This document shows positions 16,423 through 25,813 of a stretch of 54,536 nucleotides of DNA, piece by piece. The notes beneath the pieces are model-generated. The model had not been told where the DNA came from and did no database searches. It worked only from the letters and a program-made list of their open reading frames with translations. Made by a program: the position numbers and the translations under genes. The stretch is taken from positions 1-54,536 of IMG/VR virus record IMGVR_UViG_3300038321_000349. One strand, given 5' to 3'. Source of the stretch: a virus. Lineage: Duplodnaviria; Caudoviricetes. The number at the start of each line of letters is the position of its first letter. The first letter of the stretch is position 1.

Positions 16423-17678
16423 GCATTTTTTCGGGACTTTTTCGCTCAAGGGATAAGCCCGGCAATCGCTCCGGCGGGACGCTGGACTTTCTCTTTGGAA
16501 ATACCACAAGCGGCAAGCCTGTCAACGAGCGCACGGCGATGCAGACCTCAGCGGTCTACGCCTGCGTGCGGATTCTCTCGGAATCCATCGCGGGACTACC
16601 GCTCCATGTTTATCGGTATACCCGCGACGGCGGCAAGGAGCGCACCGCCGCCCACCCTCTGTACCGAATCCTGCACGATGAGCCGAATCCGGAAATGACC
16701 TCGTTCGTGTTCCGGGAAACGCTGATGGCGCACCTGCTTTTATGGGGCAACGCCTACGCCCAGATCATCCGCAACGGCAACGGGCAGGTGATTGCCCTCT
16801 ATCCGCTGCTCCCAAACAAGATGGACGTGAGCCGAAACCGCGCCGGGGAGCTGATTTACACCTACTACCGCGACTGGGAGGAAAGCGGCGGCCGGCCCAA
16901 GCAGGGCGGTGTAACACTGCGCCGCGACGAGGTGCTGCACATTCCGGGGCTGAGCTTCGACGGACTGATCGGGTACAGTCCCATCGCCATGGCGAAAAAT
17001 TCCATCGGACTTTCCCTCGCTACCGAGGACTACGGCGCCAGGTTTTTTGCCAACGGCGCCAACCCCGGCGGCGTGCTGGAGCATCCCGGCGTCATCAAAC
17101 CGGAGCAGGCCGAGCGCCTGCAGGAAAGCTGGCAGTCCCAGTTCGGCGGCGCGAACGCCCACAGAGTCGCCGTTCTGGAGGAAGGGCTCAAGTTTCACCA
17201 GATGAGTATTCCGCCCGAAGAAGCGCAGTTTCTGGAAACCCGAAAATTCCAGATCAACGAGATCGCGCGGATTTTCCGCGTGCCGCCCCACATGGTGGGC
17301 GACCTGGAAAAGTCCAGCTTCTCCAACATCGAACAGCAGAGTCTGGAGTTTGTCAAATACACGCTCGACCCGTGGGTGGTGCGCTGGGAGCAGTCGCTTC
17401 GGCAGGCGCTTTTGCTGCCGAGCGAGAAATCGGTGTTCTCCATCCGCTTCAACCTCGATGGGCTTTTACGCGGCGACTACCAGAGCCGCATGCAGGGCTA
17501 CAGCGTGGGCATTCAAAACGGCTTTTATTCCGTCAACGACGTGCGTGCACTCGAAGATCTCAATCTGCTGTCAGACAGCGAGGGCGGCAACCTCCATGTT
17601 CTCAACGGCAATATGGTCAAGCTCGCCGACGTGGGCGCAGCGTACAATTCAAAAGAAAGCGAGGAAAACACATCGTGA
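16419..17678 (+). CDS. HK97-family portal protein
   Basis: SAVYACVRILSESIAGLP, LLLWGNAY, GYSPI, FANGANPGG, EIARIFRVPP. Confidence 0.95.
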   Translation: MSIFSGLFRSRDKPGNRSGGTLDFLFGNTTSGKPVNERTAMQTSAVYACVRILSESIAGLPLHVYRYTRDGGKERTAAHPLYRILHDEPNPEMTSFVFRETLMAHLLLWGNAYAQIIRNGNGQVIALYPLLPNKMDVSRNRAGELIYTYYRDWEESGGRPKQGGVTLRRDEVLHIPGLSFDGLIGYSPIAMAKNSIGLSLATEDYGARFFANGANPGGVLEHPGVIKPEQAERLQESWQSQFGGANAHRVAVLEEGLKFHQMSIPPEEAQFLETRKFQINEIARIFRVPPHMVGDLEKSSFSNIEQQSLEFVKYTLDPWVVRWEQSLRQALLLPSEKSVFSIRFNLDGLLRGDYQSRMQGYSVGIQNGFYSVNDVRALEDLNLLSDSEGGNLHVLNGNMVKLADVGAAYNSKESEENTS

Positions 17679-18400
17679 AAAGCAAAAAGTTTTGGAGCTG
17701 GGCGCGGGATTCTGACGAAAACGACGGCCGCACCCTGTACCTCGACGGGACGATTGCGGAAGAGTCGTGGTTTGACGACGACATCACCCCGCGGCTGTTC
17801 AAGTCGGAGCTCATGGCAGGCGACGGCGACGTGACCATTTGGCTCAACTCGCCCGGCGGCGACTGCGTGGCGGCGTCGCAAATCTACTCAATGCTGATGG
17901 ATTACAAAGGAAACGTCACGGTCAAAATCGACGGCATCGCCGCAAGTGCGGCCTCTGTAATCGCCATGGCGGGGACAAAGGTTCTGATGGCGCCCACCGC
18001 TCTGATGATGATTCACAACCCGTTCACCGTCGCCATCGGCGATACCGAAGAGATGAAAAAGGCGGTTGAAATGCTGAACGAGGTCAAGGAAAGCATTATC
18101 AACGCCTATGAAATCAAAACCGGTCAGGTGCGGGTGAAAATTTCCCACTGGATGGATGCGGAAACGTGGATGAACGCAAACAAATCGATCGAACTGGGCT
18201 TTGCTGACGGTATTCTTGAGGATGCCAAACGCCGGCAGGCTGAGGAGACACCGCTGAACTTCGCTTTTTCAAGGCGGGCCGTGACCAACTCTCTGCTCGA
18301 CAAAGTGCGGCCCAAGACAAAACCCGAACCCCAGTCCGAAGCGCCCGACGGCGTACCGGCGGAGCTGCTGCAAAAGCGGCTTTCCCTCATTCTTCACTAA
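17675..18400 (+). CDS. ClpP-like prohead protease
   Basis: GTGA overlap with portal stop; LNSPGG, DGIAASAAS, MMIHNP, ETWM...GFAD. Confidence 0.92.
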   Translation: MKSKKFWSWARDSDENDGRTLYLDGTIAEESWFDDDITPRLFKSELMAGDGDVTIWLNSPGGDCVAASQIYSMLMDYKGNVTVKIDGIAASAASVIAMAGTKVLMAPTALMMIHNPFTVAIGDTEEMKKAVEMLNEVKESIINAYEIKTGQVRVKISHWMDAETWMNANKSIELGFADGILEDAKRRQAEETPLNFAFSRRAVTNSLLDKVRPKTKPEPQSEAPDGVPAELLQKRLSLILH

Positions 18401-18420
18401 TTTTGATGGAGGTAAAAGAC

Positions 18421-19608
18421 ATGAACACAATTCTTGAACTGCGCGAAAAGCGCAGTAAAATCTGGAACACCGCCAAGGAATTCCTCGACCAGAAGCGCGG
18501 CGCGGACGGCATTGTTCCTCCCGAAGCCGCAGCCGAGTACGACAAGATGGAGGCCGATATGGTGAAGCTCGGTAAGGAAATCGAGCGGCTGGAGCGTCAG
18601 CAGGCGTATGACCTCGAGCTGAGCCGCCCGACAAGCCTTCCCATCACAAACGCGCCGACCAAACCGGAGGCGCCGAAAACGGGCCGCGCCAGCAACGAGT
18701 ACAAGGAGGATTTCAGCCGCCATCTGCACGGCAAAGCCCTTCTGCACAACGTCATGACCGAGGGCGTGGACGCCGACGGCGGCTATCTGGTGCCGACGGA
18801 ATTTGAGAATCAGATTGTATCGGGGCTGGACGAGGCGAACATCATCCGCTCCCTCGCCAAAGTCATCACGACGTCGAGCGAGCGTAAAATTCCGCTGGCG
18901 GCTTCCCATTCCGTGGCGACGTGGACCGCGGAAAACGGCGCGTACACCGAATCCAACCCCACCTTCGGGCAGACTCAGATTGACGCCTTTAAGCTGACCG
19001 ACCTTGTGAAGGTCTCCACGGAGCTTCTGCAGGACAACATGTTCGATCTGGAGAGCTACATCGCGCAGGAGTTTGCCAGAGCGTTCGGCATCGCCGAGGA
19101 GCAGGCGTTCTGCGTCGGCACCGGCACGGGTCAGCCCACGGGGATCTTCACGGCGAACGGCGGGCAGGTGGGCGTGACGGCAAATTCCGCCACGGCCATC
19201 ACGGTTGACAACGTCCTCGACCTCGTCTACTCGCTGAAAAGCCCCTACCGCCGCAATGCCGTGTTCCTGATGAACGACGCGACGGTGTCGCTGCTGCGCA
19301 AGCTGAAGGATTCCAACGGCGCGTATCTCTGGCAGCCTTCCGTGCAGGCAGGCCAGCCGGACAGACTGATCGGCTACCCGATTTACACCTCGCCCTATGT
19401 GCCCGTCGTGGCAGCGGACGCGTTTGCCATCGCCTTCAGCGACTTCAAAAACTACTGGATTGCCGACCGTCAGGGCCGCACGGTGCAGCGGCTCAACGAG
19501 CTCTACTCCACCAACGGACAGGTCGGCTTCATTGCCACCGAGCGCGTGGACGGCAAGGTCATTCTGGCCGAGGGCATCAAGCTGCTCAAAATGGCGGCTG
19601 GTTCGTAA
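18421..19608 (+). CDS. HK97-fold major capsid protein
   Basis: GGAGG RBS; coiled-coil delta domain, DGGYLVPTEF, VSTELLQD, GTGTGQPTGI, LKDSNGAYLWQP. Confidence 0.95.
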   Translation: MNTILELREKRSKIWNTAKEFLDQKRGADGIVPPEAAAEYDKMEADMVKLGKEIERLERQQAYDLELSRPTSLPITNAPTKPEAPKTGRASNEYKEDFSRHLHGKALLHNVMTEGVDADGGYLVPTEFENQIVSGLDEANIIRSLAKVITTSSERKIPLAASHSVATWTAENGAYTESNPTFGQTQIDAFKLTDLVKVSTELLQDNMFDLESYIAQEFARAFGIAEEQAFCVGTGTGQPTGIFTANGGQVGVTANSATAITVDNVLDLVYSLKSPYRRNAVFLMNDATVSLLRKLKDSNGAYLWQPSVQAGQPDRLIGYPIYTSPYVPVVAADAFAIAFSDFKNYWIADRQGRTVQRLNELYSTNGQVGFIATERVDGKVILAEGIKLLKMAAGS

Positions 19609-19677
19609 GATGCGCTTTCACGTTCGCGTGGAAGCACAAAATATGCAGTTCGTAACGACGAAAGGAGGCGCGGCGGC

Positions 19678-19995
19678 ATGACGCCTGCGGATTTACTGGC
19701 TCCGGTTAAGGAAAACCTGATCCTCACGCACAATCAGGATGACGATTTGCTTCTGCGGCTGATTGCCGCCGCCATCTCCTACGCCGAAAGCTACCAGCAC
19801 GTTTCGGCGGGATATTATGGCGAAAACGCCATGTCTCCCACCACCGAGCAGGCCGTGATTATGCTCGTTTCCAACTGGTACGAGTCCCGCGACGGCTCTA
19901 CGGGCGGCTTTTTCGCCGATTCCGTGCAGGCGGGCCGGCAGGTGTGGGATACGGTCAATCTGCTGCTGCGGCTGGACCGGGATTGGAATGTATAG
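19678..19995 (+). CDS. Head-tail connector (gp6-like)
   Basis: VKENL...DDDLLLRLIAAA...QAVIMLVSNWYESR; position after capsid. Confidence 0.85.
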   Translation: MTPADLLAPVKENLILTHNQDDDLLLRLIAAAISYAESYQHVSAGYYGENAMSPTTEQAVIMLVSNWYESRDGSTGGFFADSVQAGRQVWDTVNLLLRLDRDWNV

Positions 19996-19997
19996 CT

Positions 19998-20333
19998 ATG
20001 AGTTTTGGAAAAATGAACAGCTTCATCGACATAATCTCCAACGCGCCGATCAAGGACGCGGACGGCTTTGTTATCAACGGTGACCATATAGTTGCTTCCG
20101 TCCGCGCCTACAAGGAGGACCGCAACGGCTCGGAGCGCTGGGCAAACATGGCAGTCTTTTCCGAAGCGTCCGTGCTGTTCTGCTTCCGTAAAATCCCCGA
20201 CGTCGAGGTCCGTCCGGCTCTCTTCATCGTCTGCGAGGAAAAGCGCTATTGCATCACCAGCGCGGAGGATGTGCGCGGGCGCGGGATGTATGTGGAGTGC
20301 CTGTGCGAGCTGGTGGAAGGGAGCGTGAACTGA
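19998..20333 (+). CDS. Head closure / head-tail adaptor
   Basis: MSFGKMNSFI start; position in neck module. Confidence 0.8.
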   Translation: MSFGKMNSFIDIISNAPIKDADGFVINGDHIVASVRAYKEDRNGSERWANMAVFSEASVLFCFRKIPDVEVRPALFIVCEEKRYCITSAEDVRGRGMYVECLCELVEGSVN

Positions 20334-20334
20334 T

Positions 20335-20769
20335 TTGGGAAAAGCAGAAATCAAAATGCCGGAGGATTTTCTTTTGAAGGTTTCCCGGCTGAATGAAAAG
20401 ACGGACGAAATCCTGCCCCGTGTGCTGGAAGCCGGCGGGCAGGTGGTGCTGGAACGGGTAAAATCCAATCTCTCCGCCGTCGTTGGGAAAGGCACGAAAG
20501 AACCGAGCCGCTCCACCGGCGAACTGGAAAGCGCGTTGGGACTTTCGCCCGCCAAGCCTAAACGGGACGGCTCCGGCTGGAACATCAAGGTCGGCTTTGC
20601 TGAGCCGCGTTCCGATGGGGATTCCAATGCCAAAATCGCCAATATTCTTGAATATGGCAAACACGGACAGCCGCCCAAGCCCTTTCTCAAACCGGCGAAA
20701 GCCCAGAGCCGCAAGGCCTGCATCGAGGCAATGAAATCAAAGCTGGGCGAGGAGGTGCGGCGGATATGA
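20335..20769 (+). CDS. HK97 gp10-like tail component
   Basis: STGELESAL, ILEYGK..QPPKPFLKPA. Confidence 0.85.
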   Translation: MGKAEIKMPEDFLLKVSRLNEKTDEILPRVLEAGGQVVLERVKSNLSAVVGKGTKEPSRSTGELESALGLSPAKPKRDGSGWNIKVGFAEPRSDGDSNAKIANILEYGKHGQPPKPFLKPAKAQSRKACIEAMKSKLGEEVRRI

Positions 20770-21104
20770 GCGTTCTTTCCGAACTGAATACGCTTCTGAC
20801 GCCCATTCTTCCGGTGGAGACGGGCGTTTTTTCCGGTGTTCCGCCCGACGAATATCTGGTTCTGACGCCGCTGATCGATGATTTCGCCCTGTTCGGCGAC
20901 AACGCGCCGCTGATGGATGTGTCCGAGGTGCGGATTTCGCTCTTTTCAAAGGGCAATTACCTGCAGCGCAAACGGCAGATTACACAGGCGCTTTTGAACG
21001 CCGGCTTCACCGTCACCGGACGCACCTATGTCGGGCATGAGGACAACACCGGCTATCACCACTACGCGATTGACATCGCGCAGTCTTATGAAACGGAGGA
21101 ATAA
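20766..21104 (+). CDS. Tail completion/terminator protein
   Basis: Position before major tail; EDNTGYHHYAID C-terminal motif. Confidence 0.75.
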   Translation: MSVLSELNTLLTPILPVETGVFSGVPPDEYLVLTPLIDDFALFGDNAPLMDVSEVRISLFSKGNYLQRKRQITQALLNAGFTVTGRTYVGHEDNTGYHHYAIDIAQSYETEE

Positions 21105-21107
21105 ATT

Positions 21108-21707
21108 ATGGCGACTATTGGGCTGGATAAGCTCTATTACGCAAAAATCACCGAAGCCGAGGACGGCGAGGAAACCTATGATACGCCCGTCATCCTCGCG
21201 AAGGTCATCTCGGCGGAACTGTCCGTGGAGCTTGCCGAAGCGACGCTTTACGCGGACGACGGCGCGTCGGAGGTGGTCAAGGACTTCAAGTCCGGCAAGC
21301 TGACGCTGGGCGTGGACGATATCGGCATCACTGCCGCGCAGGATCTCACAGGCGCGGCGGCGGACGACAACGGGGTTCTGATTTCGGCGGGCGAGAACAT
21401 CGCCCCGCCGGCGGCGATCGGCTTCCGCGCTCTGCGGGCAAACGGCAAGTACCGGTACTTCTGGCTCTACCGCGTTATTTTCGGCATCCCTGCGACTAAC
21501 CTGCAGACAAAGGGCGACTCCATCACCTTTTCCACGCCGAGCATCGAGGGCACGGTCATGCGCCGCAACAAGCCGGACACCAAGGGAACGCATCCGTGGA
21601 AGGCGGAGGCTTCCGAGGGTGCCGCGGGCGTTACGTCCGAAACCATCACCGGCTGGTTCGGGCAGGTGTACGAACCCACCTACACCGATGCGCCGGCCGG
21701 CGAATAA
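21108..21707 (+). CDS. Major tail protein (phi13-like)
   Basis: IGLDKLYYAKI, ATLYADDG, GKYRYFWLYRV.F motifs. Confidence 0.9.
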   Translation: MATIGLDKLYYAKITEAEDGEETYDTPVILAKVISAELSVELAEATLYADDGASEVVKDFKSGKLTLGVDDIGITAAQDLTGAAADDNGVLISAGENIAPPAAIGFRALRANGKYRYFWLYRVIFGIPATNLQTKGDSITFSTPSIEGTVMRRNKPDTKGTHPWKAEASEGAAGVTSETITGWFGQVYEPTYTDAPAGE

Positions 21708-21720
21708 GGAGGACTGACGG

Positions 21721-22110
21721 ATGGAAAACGAACGAAGTGCCGTAATCAAAATCGGCGGCAAAGAGTATGAGCTGGTGCTCACCACCCGCGCCACCAAGGA
21801 AATCGCGCGGCGCTACGGCGGGCTGGAGAACCTCGGCGAAAAGCTGATGAAGTCCGAGAATTTTGAGATGGCGCTGGATGAGATCGTCTGGCTGCTCACC
21901 CTGCTGGCGAACCAGTCCATCCTGATTCACAACCTGAAAAACAAGGATGCACCGCAGGAGCTGCTCACCGAGGAGGACGTGGAACTGCTGACCTCGCCGC
22001 TGGATCTGGCGGTGTACAAAAACGCCATCACCGAGGCGATGTTCAAGGGAACGGCGCGGAATGTGGAGAGCGAAAGCGAAGACGGCGCAAAAAACACACA
22101 GGGCGCGTGA
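21721..22110 (+). CDS. Tail assembly chaperone (gpG-like)
   Basis: Between major tail and tape measure; ends just after slippery heptamer A AAA AAC. Confidence 0.85.
   Translation: MENERSAVIKIGGKEYELVLTTRATKEIARRYGGLENLGEKLMKSENFEMALDEIVWLLTLLANQSILIHNLKNKDAPQELLTEEDVELLTSPLDLAVYKNAITEAMFKGTARNVESESEDGAKNTQGA
22089..22095 (+). other. Programmed -1 ribosomal frameshift site
   Basis: A AAA AAC heptamer; the -1 frame is open into the 22107-22298 ORF. Confidence 0.75.
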
Positions 22111-22298
22111 CTACTGAAGAAGTGTTCACGCGCCTGCTCTATTACGGAACGGTGCAGATGGGCATGGGCGCGGAGGACTTCTGGCTGATGCCCATCGGAC
22201 TGTTTCTGGATTTATGGGCCTGTCACAAGCAGTTTCTCGGCATGGAAAAGCCGAAACGGACTTTTTCCATTGACGATATCATCCCGCCGGGGATATGA
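22107..22298 (+). CDS. Tail assembly chaperone C-terminal extension (gpT-like)
   Basis: -1 frame relative to upstream gene; EDFWLMPIGLFLDLW pattern. Confidence 0.75.
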   Translation: MTTEEVFTRLLYYGTVQMGMGAEDFWLMPIGLFLDLWACHKQFLGMEKPKRTFSIDDIIPPGI

Positions 22299-22309
22299 AA
22301 ATCAGAAAC

Positions 22310-22382
22310 TTGCCGACATCGGCAAAAATCCGAATTGTATCGCGCATACTATATTGATTTCTTGCCGATAATATGCTATCAT
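22310..22382 (+). promoter_or_regulatory. SigA promoter and operator of Fic moron
   Basis: TTGATT (22354-22359)-17 bp-TGnTATCAT (22377-22382); dyad TTGCCGA-CA-TCGGCAA (22310-22325) and half-site TTGCCGA in the spacer. Confidence 0.7.
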
Positions 22383-22410
22383 AAAGGCAGAAATACAAAG
22401 GGGGCACGGT

Positions 22411-23301
22411 ATGAATTATCTGTCGGTGGCACAAACGGCGAAGAAATGGAAGATGTCCGAGCGGACGGTCCGCAATTACTGCGCCCAGAACAAAATCCCC
22501 GGCGCGTTCCTGACAGGCAAAACATGGAACATCCCCGAAAACGCCGAAAAACCGGAGCACGTCAATAAGCATTCCGACGCGCCGAAAACGCTTTTGGATA
22601 TTCTGCGGGCGGAGCAGGCGGCGAAAACCTCCGGCGGGATTTATCACAAGGTGCAGATCGAGCTGACCTACAACTCCAACCATATCGAGGGCAGCCGCCT
22701 GACCCATGACCAGACACGCTACATCTTTGAGACCAACACCATCGGCCCGGCCGGCGAAGCGATGAATGTGGACGATATCGTCGAGACGGCAAACCATTTC
22801 AAGTGCATCGACCTGATTATTACGCAGGCAAAATACGCGCTGACGGAAAAATTCATTAAGGAACTGCATCTCACGCTGAAAAACGGCACCAGCGATTCGC
22901 GGCTGGACTGGTTCGCCGTGGGCGATTACAAACGGATGCCAAACGAGGTCGGCGGCAAGGAGACCACGCCGCCCGAACAGGTCGGCTCGGCCATGAAGAA
23001 GCTGCTGACCGACTACAACGCGGGAAAGGAAAAGACCTTTGAGGAGCTTCTCAATTTTCATGTGCGCTTCGAAAGCATACATCCGTTTCAGGACGGCAAC
23101 GGCCGTGTGGGGCGGCTGATTCTGTTCAAGGAATGCCTGCGAAACAACATTGTGCCCTTTATCATCGGCGACGACATGAAGATGTTTTACTATCGCGGGC
23201 TGCATGAGTGGGATCGGGAAAAGGGCTATCTGACCGACACCTGCCTTGCGGCGCAGGATCAGTTTAAGAGGTATCTGGAGTATTTCAGAATCAAATATTA
23301 A
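22411..23301 (+). CDS. HTH-Fic family protein (moron)
   Basis: N-terminal HTH (YLSVAQTAKKWKMSERTVRNYC); inhibitory motif SNHIEG; catalytic HPFQDGNGRVGR. Confidence 0.92.
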   Translation: MNYLSVAQTAKKWKMSERTVRNYCAQNKIPGAFLTGKTWNIPENAEKPEHVNKHSDAPKTLLDILRAEQAAKTSGGIYHKVQIELTYNSNHIEGSRLTHDQTRYIFETNTIGPAGEAMNVDDIVETANHFKCIDLIITQAKYALTEKFIKELHLTLKNGTSDSRLDWFAVGDYKRMPNEVGGKETTPPEQVGSAMKKLLTDYNAGKEKTFEELLNFHVRFESIHPFQDGNGRVGRLILFKECLRNNIVPFIIGDDMKMFYYRGLHEWDREKGYLTDTCLAAQDQFKRYLEYFRIKY

Positions 23302-23317
23302 AAGACACAAGCGTTTC

Positions 23318-23345
23318 AGGAGCAACCTTCGGGCTGCTCCTTTTT
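23318..23345 (+). terminator. Intrinsic terminator
   Basis: AGGAGCAACC-TTCG-GGCTGCTCCT-TTTT. Confidence 0.75.
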
Positions 23346-23374
23346 CATGCCCTTTGTGAGGAGGTGATCAGCGG

Positions 23375-25801
23375 ATGGCGGATAATTTCGGATTGAAAAT
23401 CGGTGTGGAGGGCGAAAAGGAATTCAAGAAGGCACTCTCGGACATCAACCAGTCTTTCAAAGTCCTCGGCTCTGAAATGACGCTGGTCACCAGCCAGTTT
23501 GACAAGCAGGACAAATCCGTGCAGGCGGCCGCCGCCCGGAACGAAGTTCTCAACAAGCAGATCGACGCCCAGAAGGCGAAAATTGAAACCCTGCGCGCCG
23601 CTTTGAAAAACGCATCCGACTCCTTCGGCGAAAACGACCGCCGCACCCAGAACTGGCAGATTCAACTGAATAAAGCACAGGCGGAGCTTAACGGCATGGA
23701 GCGCGAGCTTTCGCAGTCCACTGAAAGTGCTGACGGACTTGGGAATGAACTGAAGGAAAGCGGCGACGAAGCGGAAAAGTCCGGTTCCAAATTTGAAAAG
23801 CTGGGCGGCGTCTTAAAGGGCGTCGGCGTTGCGATGGGCGCGGTCGTGGTCGCCGCCGGTGCCGCCGCCGTCAAGCTCGGCAAGGAAGTGGTCGCCGCTT
23901 ACGCCGATTATGAGCAGCTGGTGGGCGGCGTGGACACGCTGTTCAAAGGTTCCGGCGCGGCTGTCCAGCGCTATGCCGCCAACGCTTTCCAAACCGCCGG
24001 CATGTCCGCCAACGAGTATATGGAAACGGTCACGAGCTTTTCGGCCAGTCTTATCCAGTCCCTCGGCGGTGACACCGCCAAGGCGGCCAGGGCCGCGGAT
24101 ACGGCGATTACCGATATGTCCGACAACGCCAACAAGATGGGCACGGACATTTCCTCCATTCAGGACGCCTATCAGGGCTTCGCCAAGCAGAACTATACCA
24201 TGCTCGACAACCTGAAGCTCGGCTACGGCGGCACAAAAACTGAGATGGAGCGTCTGCTCGCCGACGCCGAAAAGCTGTCCGGGCAGAAGTACGACATCAG
24301 CAATTTAAACGATGTGTACGCGGCCATCCACGTCATCCAAACAGAAATGGGCATTACGGGCACGACCGCAAAGGAAGCGACAGAAACCATCAGCGGGTCC
24401 ATCGCCGGGATGCAGTCGGCCATCGGCAACCTGACGGCGGGGCTTGGCGACGCGGACGCGGATATTCAGCTGCTGATCGGCAACGTGGTGGAGGCGTTTC
24501 AGAACGTGGTCAAAAACATCACGCCGGTGATTGAGAACATCGTTGCCGCCCTGCCCGCCGCTTTGGACGGGATACTGCAGGCGGTCGGAGAACTGCTCCC
24601 CACGCTGCTGTCCACAGTGGTCAGCCTGTTCACGCAGGTGCTCGACACGCTTCTGACGCTCCTGCCCCAGCTGATTCCGGCGGCGGTGGATGCGGTTATG
24701 ACCATTGTCTCCGCGCTCATCGACAGCCTGCCGCTCCTCATCGACGCGGCGTTGCAGCTGGTGACGGCGCTGGTGGAGGGTATCGGAAATGCCCTGCCGG
24801 AACTGATTCCCGCGGCGGTAAACGCCGTGACCACCATTGTGCAGGGGCTGATTGAAAACCTGCCGATGCTGCTGGAAGCGGCGCTGCAGATCATTCTCGG
24901 TCTGGCGCAGGGTCTGCTTGACGCCATCCCGCAGCTGGTGGCGGCGCTCCCCGCCATTATCACCGCGCTGGTGAATTTTCTGGTTGGCTCGATTCCGCAG
25001 ATCGTGCAGGCAGGGATTCTGTTGCTGACCTCGCTGGTGACCGCCCTGCCGCAGATTATTGAAGCGGTGACGGCGGCGATTCCTCAGATTGTGGACGGCC
25101 TTGTGAACGCGCTGATTCTCTCCATCCCTCTCATTGTGGAAGCGGGCGTGAAACTGCTTATCGCGCTGATTCAGAATCTGCCGCTCATCATCACGACCGT
25201 TGTGTCCGCTATCCCGCAGATTGTCGCCGCGCTGTCAAACGCCTTCGCCGGCAACACCGGGAAAATCATCACGGCCGGCGTCAGGCTGCTGGTGTCGCTG
25301 ATTGCCAGCCTGCCCTCCATTATTGTGGAAGTCGTCAAAGCGGTGCCGCAGATCGTGGCGGGCCTTGTCCGGGCGTTCACCGGCTATATCGGGCAGATGG
25401 CGCAGGTGGGCGGAAATCTCATCAAGGGCCTGTGGCAGGGCATTTCGGACGCGGGCGCGTGGCTGTGGAACAAAATCAGCGGCTTTTTCGGCGGCATCGT
25501 GGACCGCATCAAGGACTTTTTCGGCATCCATTCGCCCTCGACGCTGTTCGCCGGCTTGGGCCGAAACATGGGCGAAGGCATCGGCGTGGGCTTCGAGGAC
25601 GCCATGGATTCCGTGTCGCGCGAGATGCAGAACGCCGTCCCCACCAGCTTTTCCGTAAGCGCCGGCGCGTCCGGGCGGACAGTATCCGCGGGAACGAGCA
25701 TCACGCAGAACATCTCGGTGGTTACTCCCAAGGCGCTGTCCGAAAAGGAGCTTGCCCGGGAATTTAAGAACCTCTCGCGCAAGCTGGCGCTGGAGTACTA
25801 A
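23375..25801 (+). CDS. Tape measure protein
   Basis: FGLKIGVEGEKEFKKAL start, Ala/Leu-rich amphipathic repeats, FFGIHSPS motif. Confidence 0.92.
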   Translation: MADNFGLKIGVEGEKEFKKALSDINQSFKVLGSEMTLVTSQFDKQDKSVQAAAARNEVLNKQIDAQKAKIETLRAALKNASDSFGENDRRTQNWQIQLNKAQAELNGMERELSQSTESADGLGNELKESGDEAEKSGSKFEKLGGVLKGVGVAMGAVVVAAGAAAVKLGKEVVAAYADYEQLVGGVDTLFKGSGAAVQRYAANAFQTAGMSANEYMETVTSFSASLIQSLGGDTAKAARAADTAITDMSDNANKMGTDISSIQDAYQGFAKQNYTMLDNLKLGYGGTKTEMERLLADAEKLSGQKYDISNLNDVYAAIHVIQTEMGITGTTAKEATETISGSIAGMQSAIGNLTAGLGDADADIQLLIGNVVEAFQNVVKNITPVIENIVAALPAALDGILQAVGELLPTLLSTVVSLFTQVLDTLLTLLPQLIPAAVDAVMTIVSALIDSLPLLIDAALQLVTALVEGIGNALPELIPAAVNAVTTIVQGLIENLPMLLEAALQIILGLAQGLLDAIPQLVAALPAIITALVNFLVGSIPQIVQAGILLLTSLVTALPQIIEAVTAAIPQIVDGLVNALILSIPLIVEAGVKLLIALIQNLPLIITTVVSAIPQIVAALSNAFAGNTGKIITAGVRLLVSLIASLPSIIVEVVKAVPQIVAGLVRAFTGYIGQMAQVGGNLIKGLWQGISDAGAWLWNKISGFFGGIVDRIKDFFGIHSPSTLFAGLGRNMGEGIGVGFEDAMDSVSREMQNAVPTSFSVSAGASGRTVSAGTSITQNISVVTPKALSEKELAREFKNLSRKLALEY

Positions 25802-25813
25802 AGGAGGGACGGC

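Noticed and set aside
14737-16509. 590-aa minus-strand ORF and other long antisense ORFs across the phage
   Set aside because: Expected shadows of high-GC coding sequence; no RBS and no recognisable motifs.
16742-17674. 552-aa ORF as an N-terminally extended protease
   Set aside because: The extension is Arg/Pro-rich off-frame sequence over the portal gene; the real start is GTG 17675 with an RBS.
19614-19635. UUCG-loop hairpin after capsid gene as terminator or ncRNA
   Set aside because: No U tract; more likely an mRNA-stabilising stem, and too little evidence to call.
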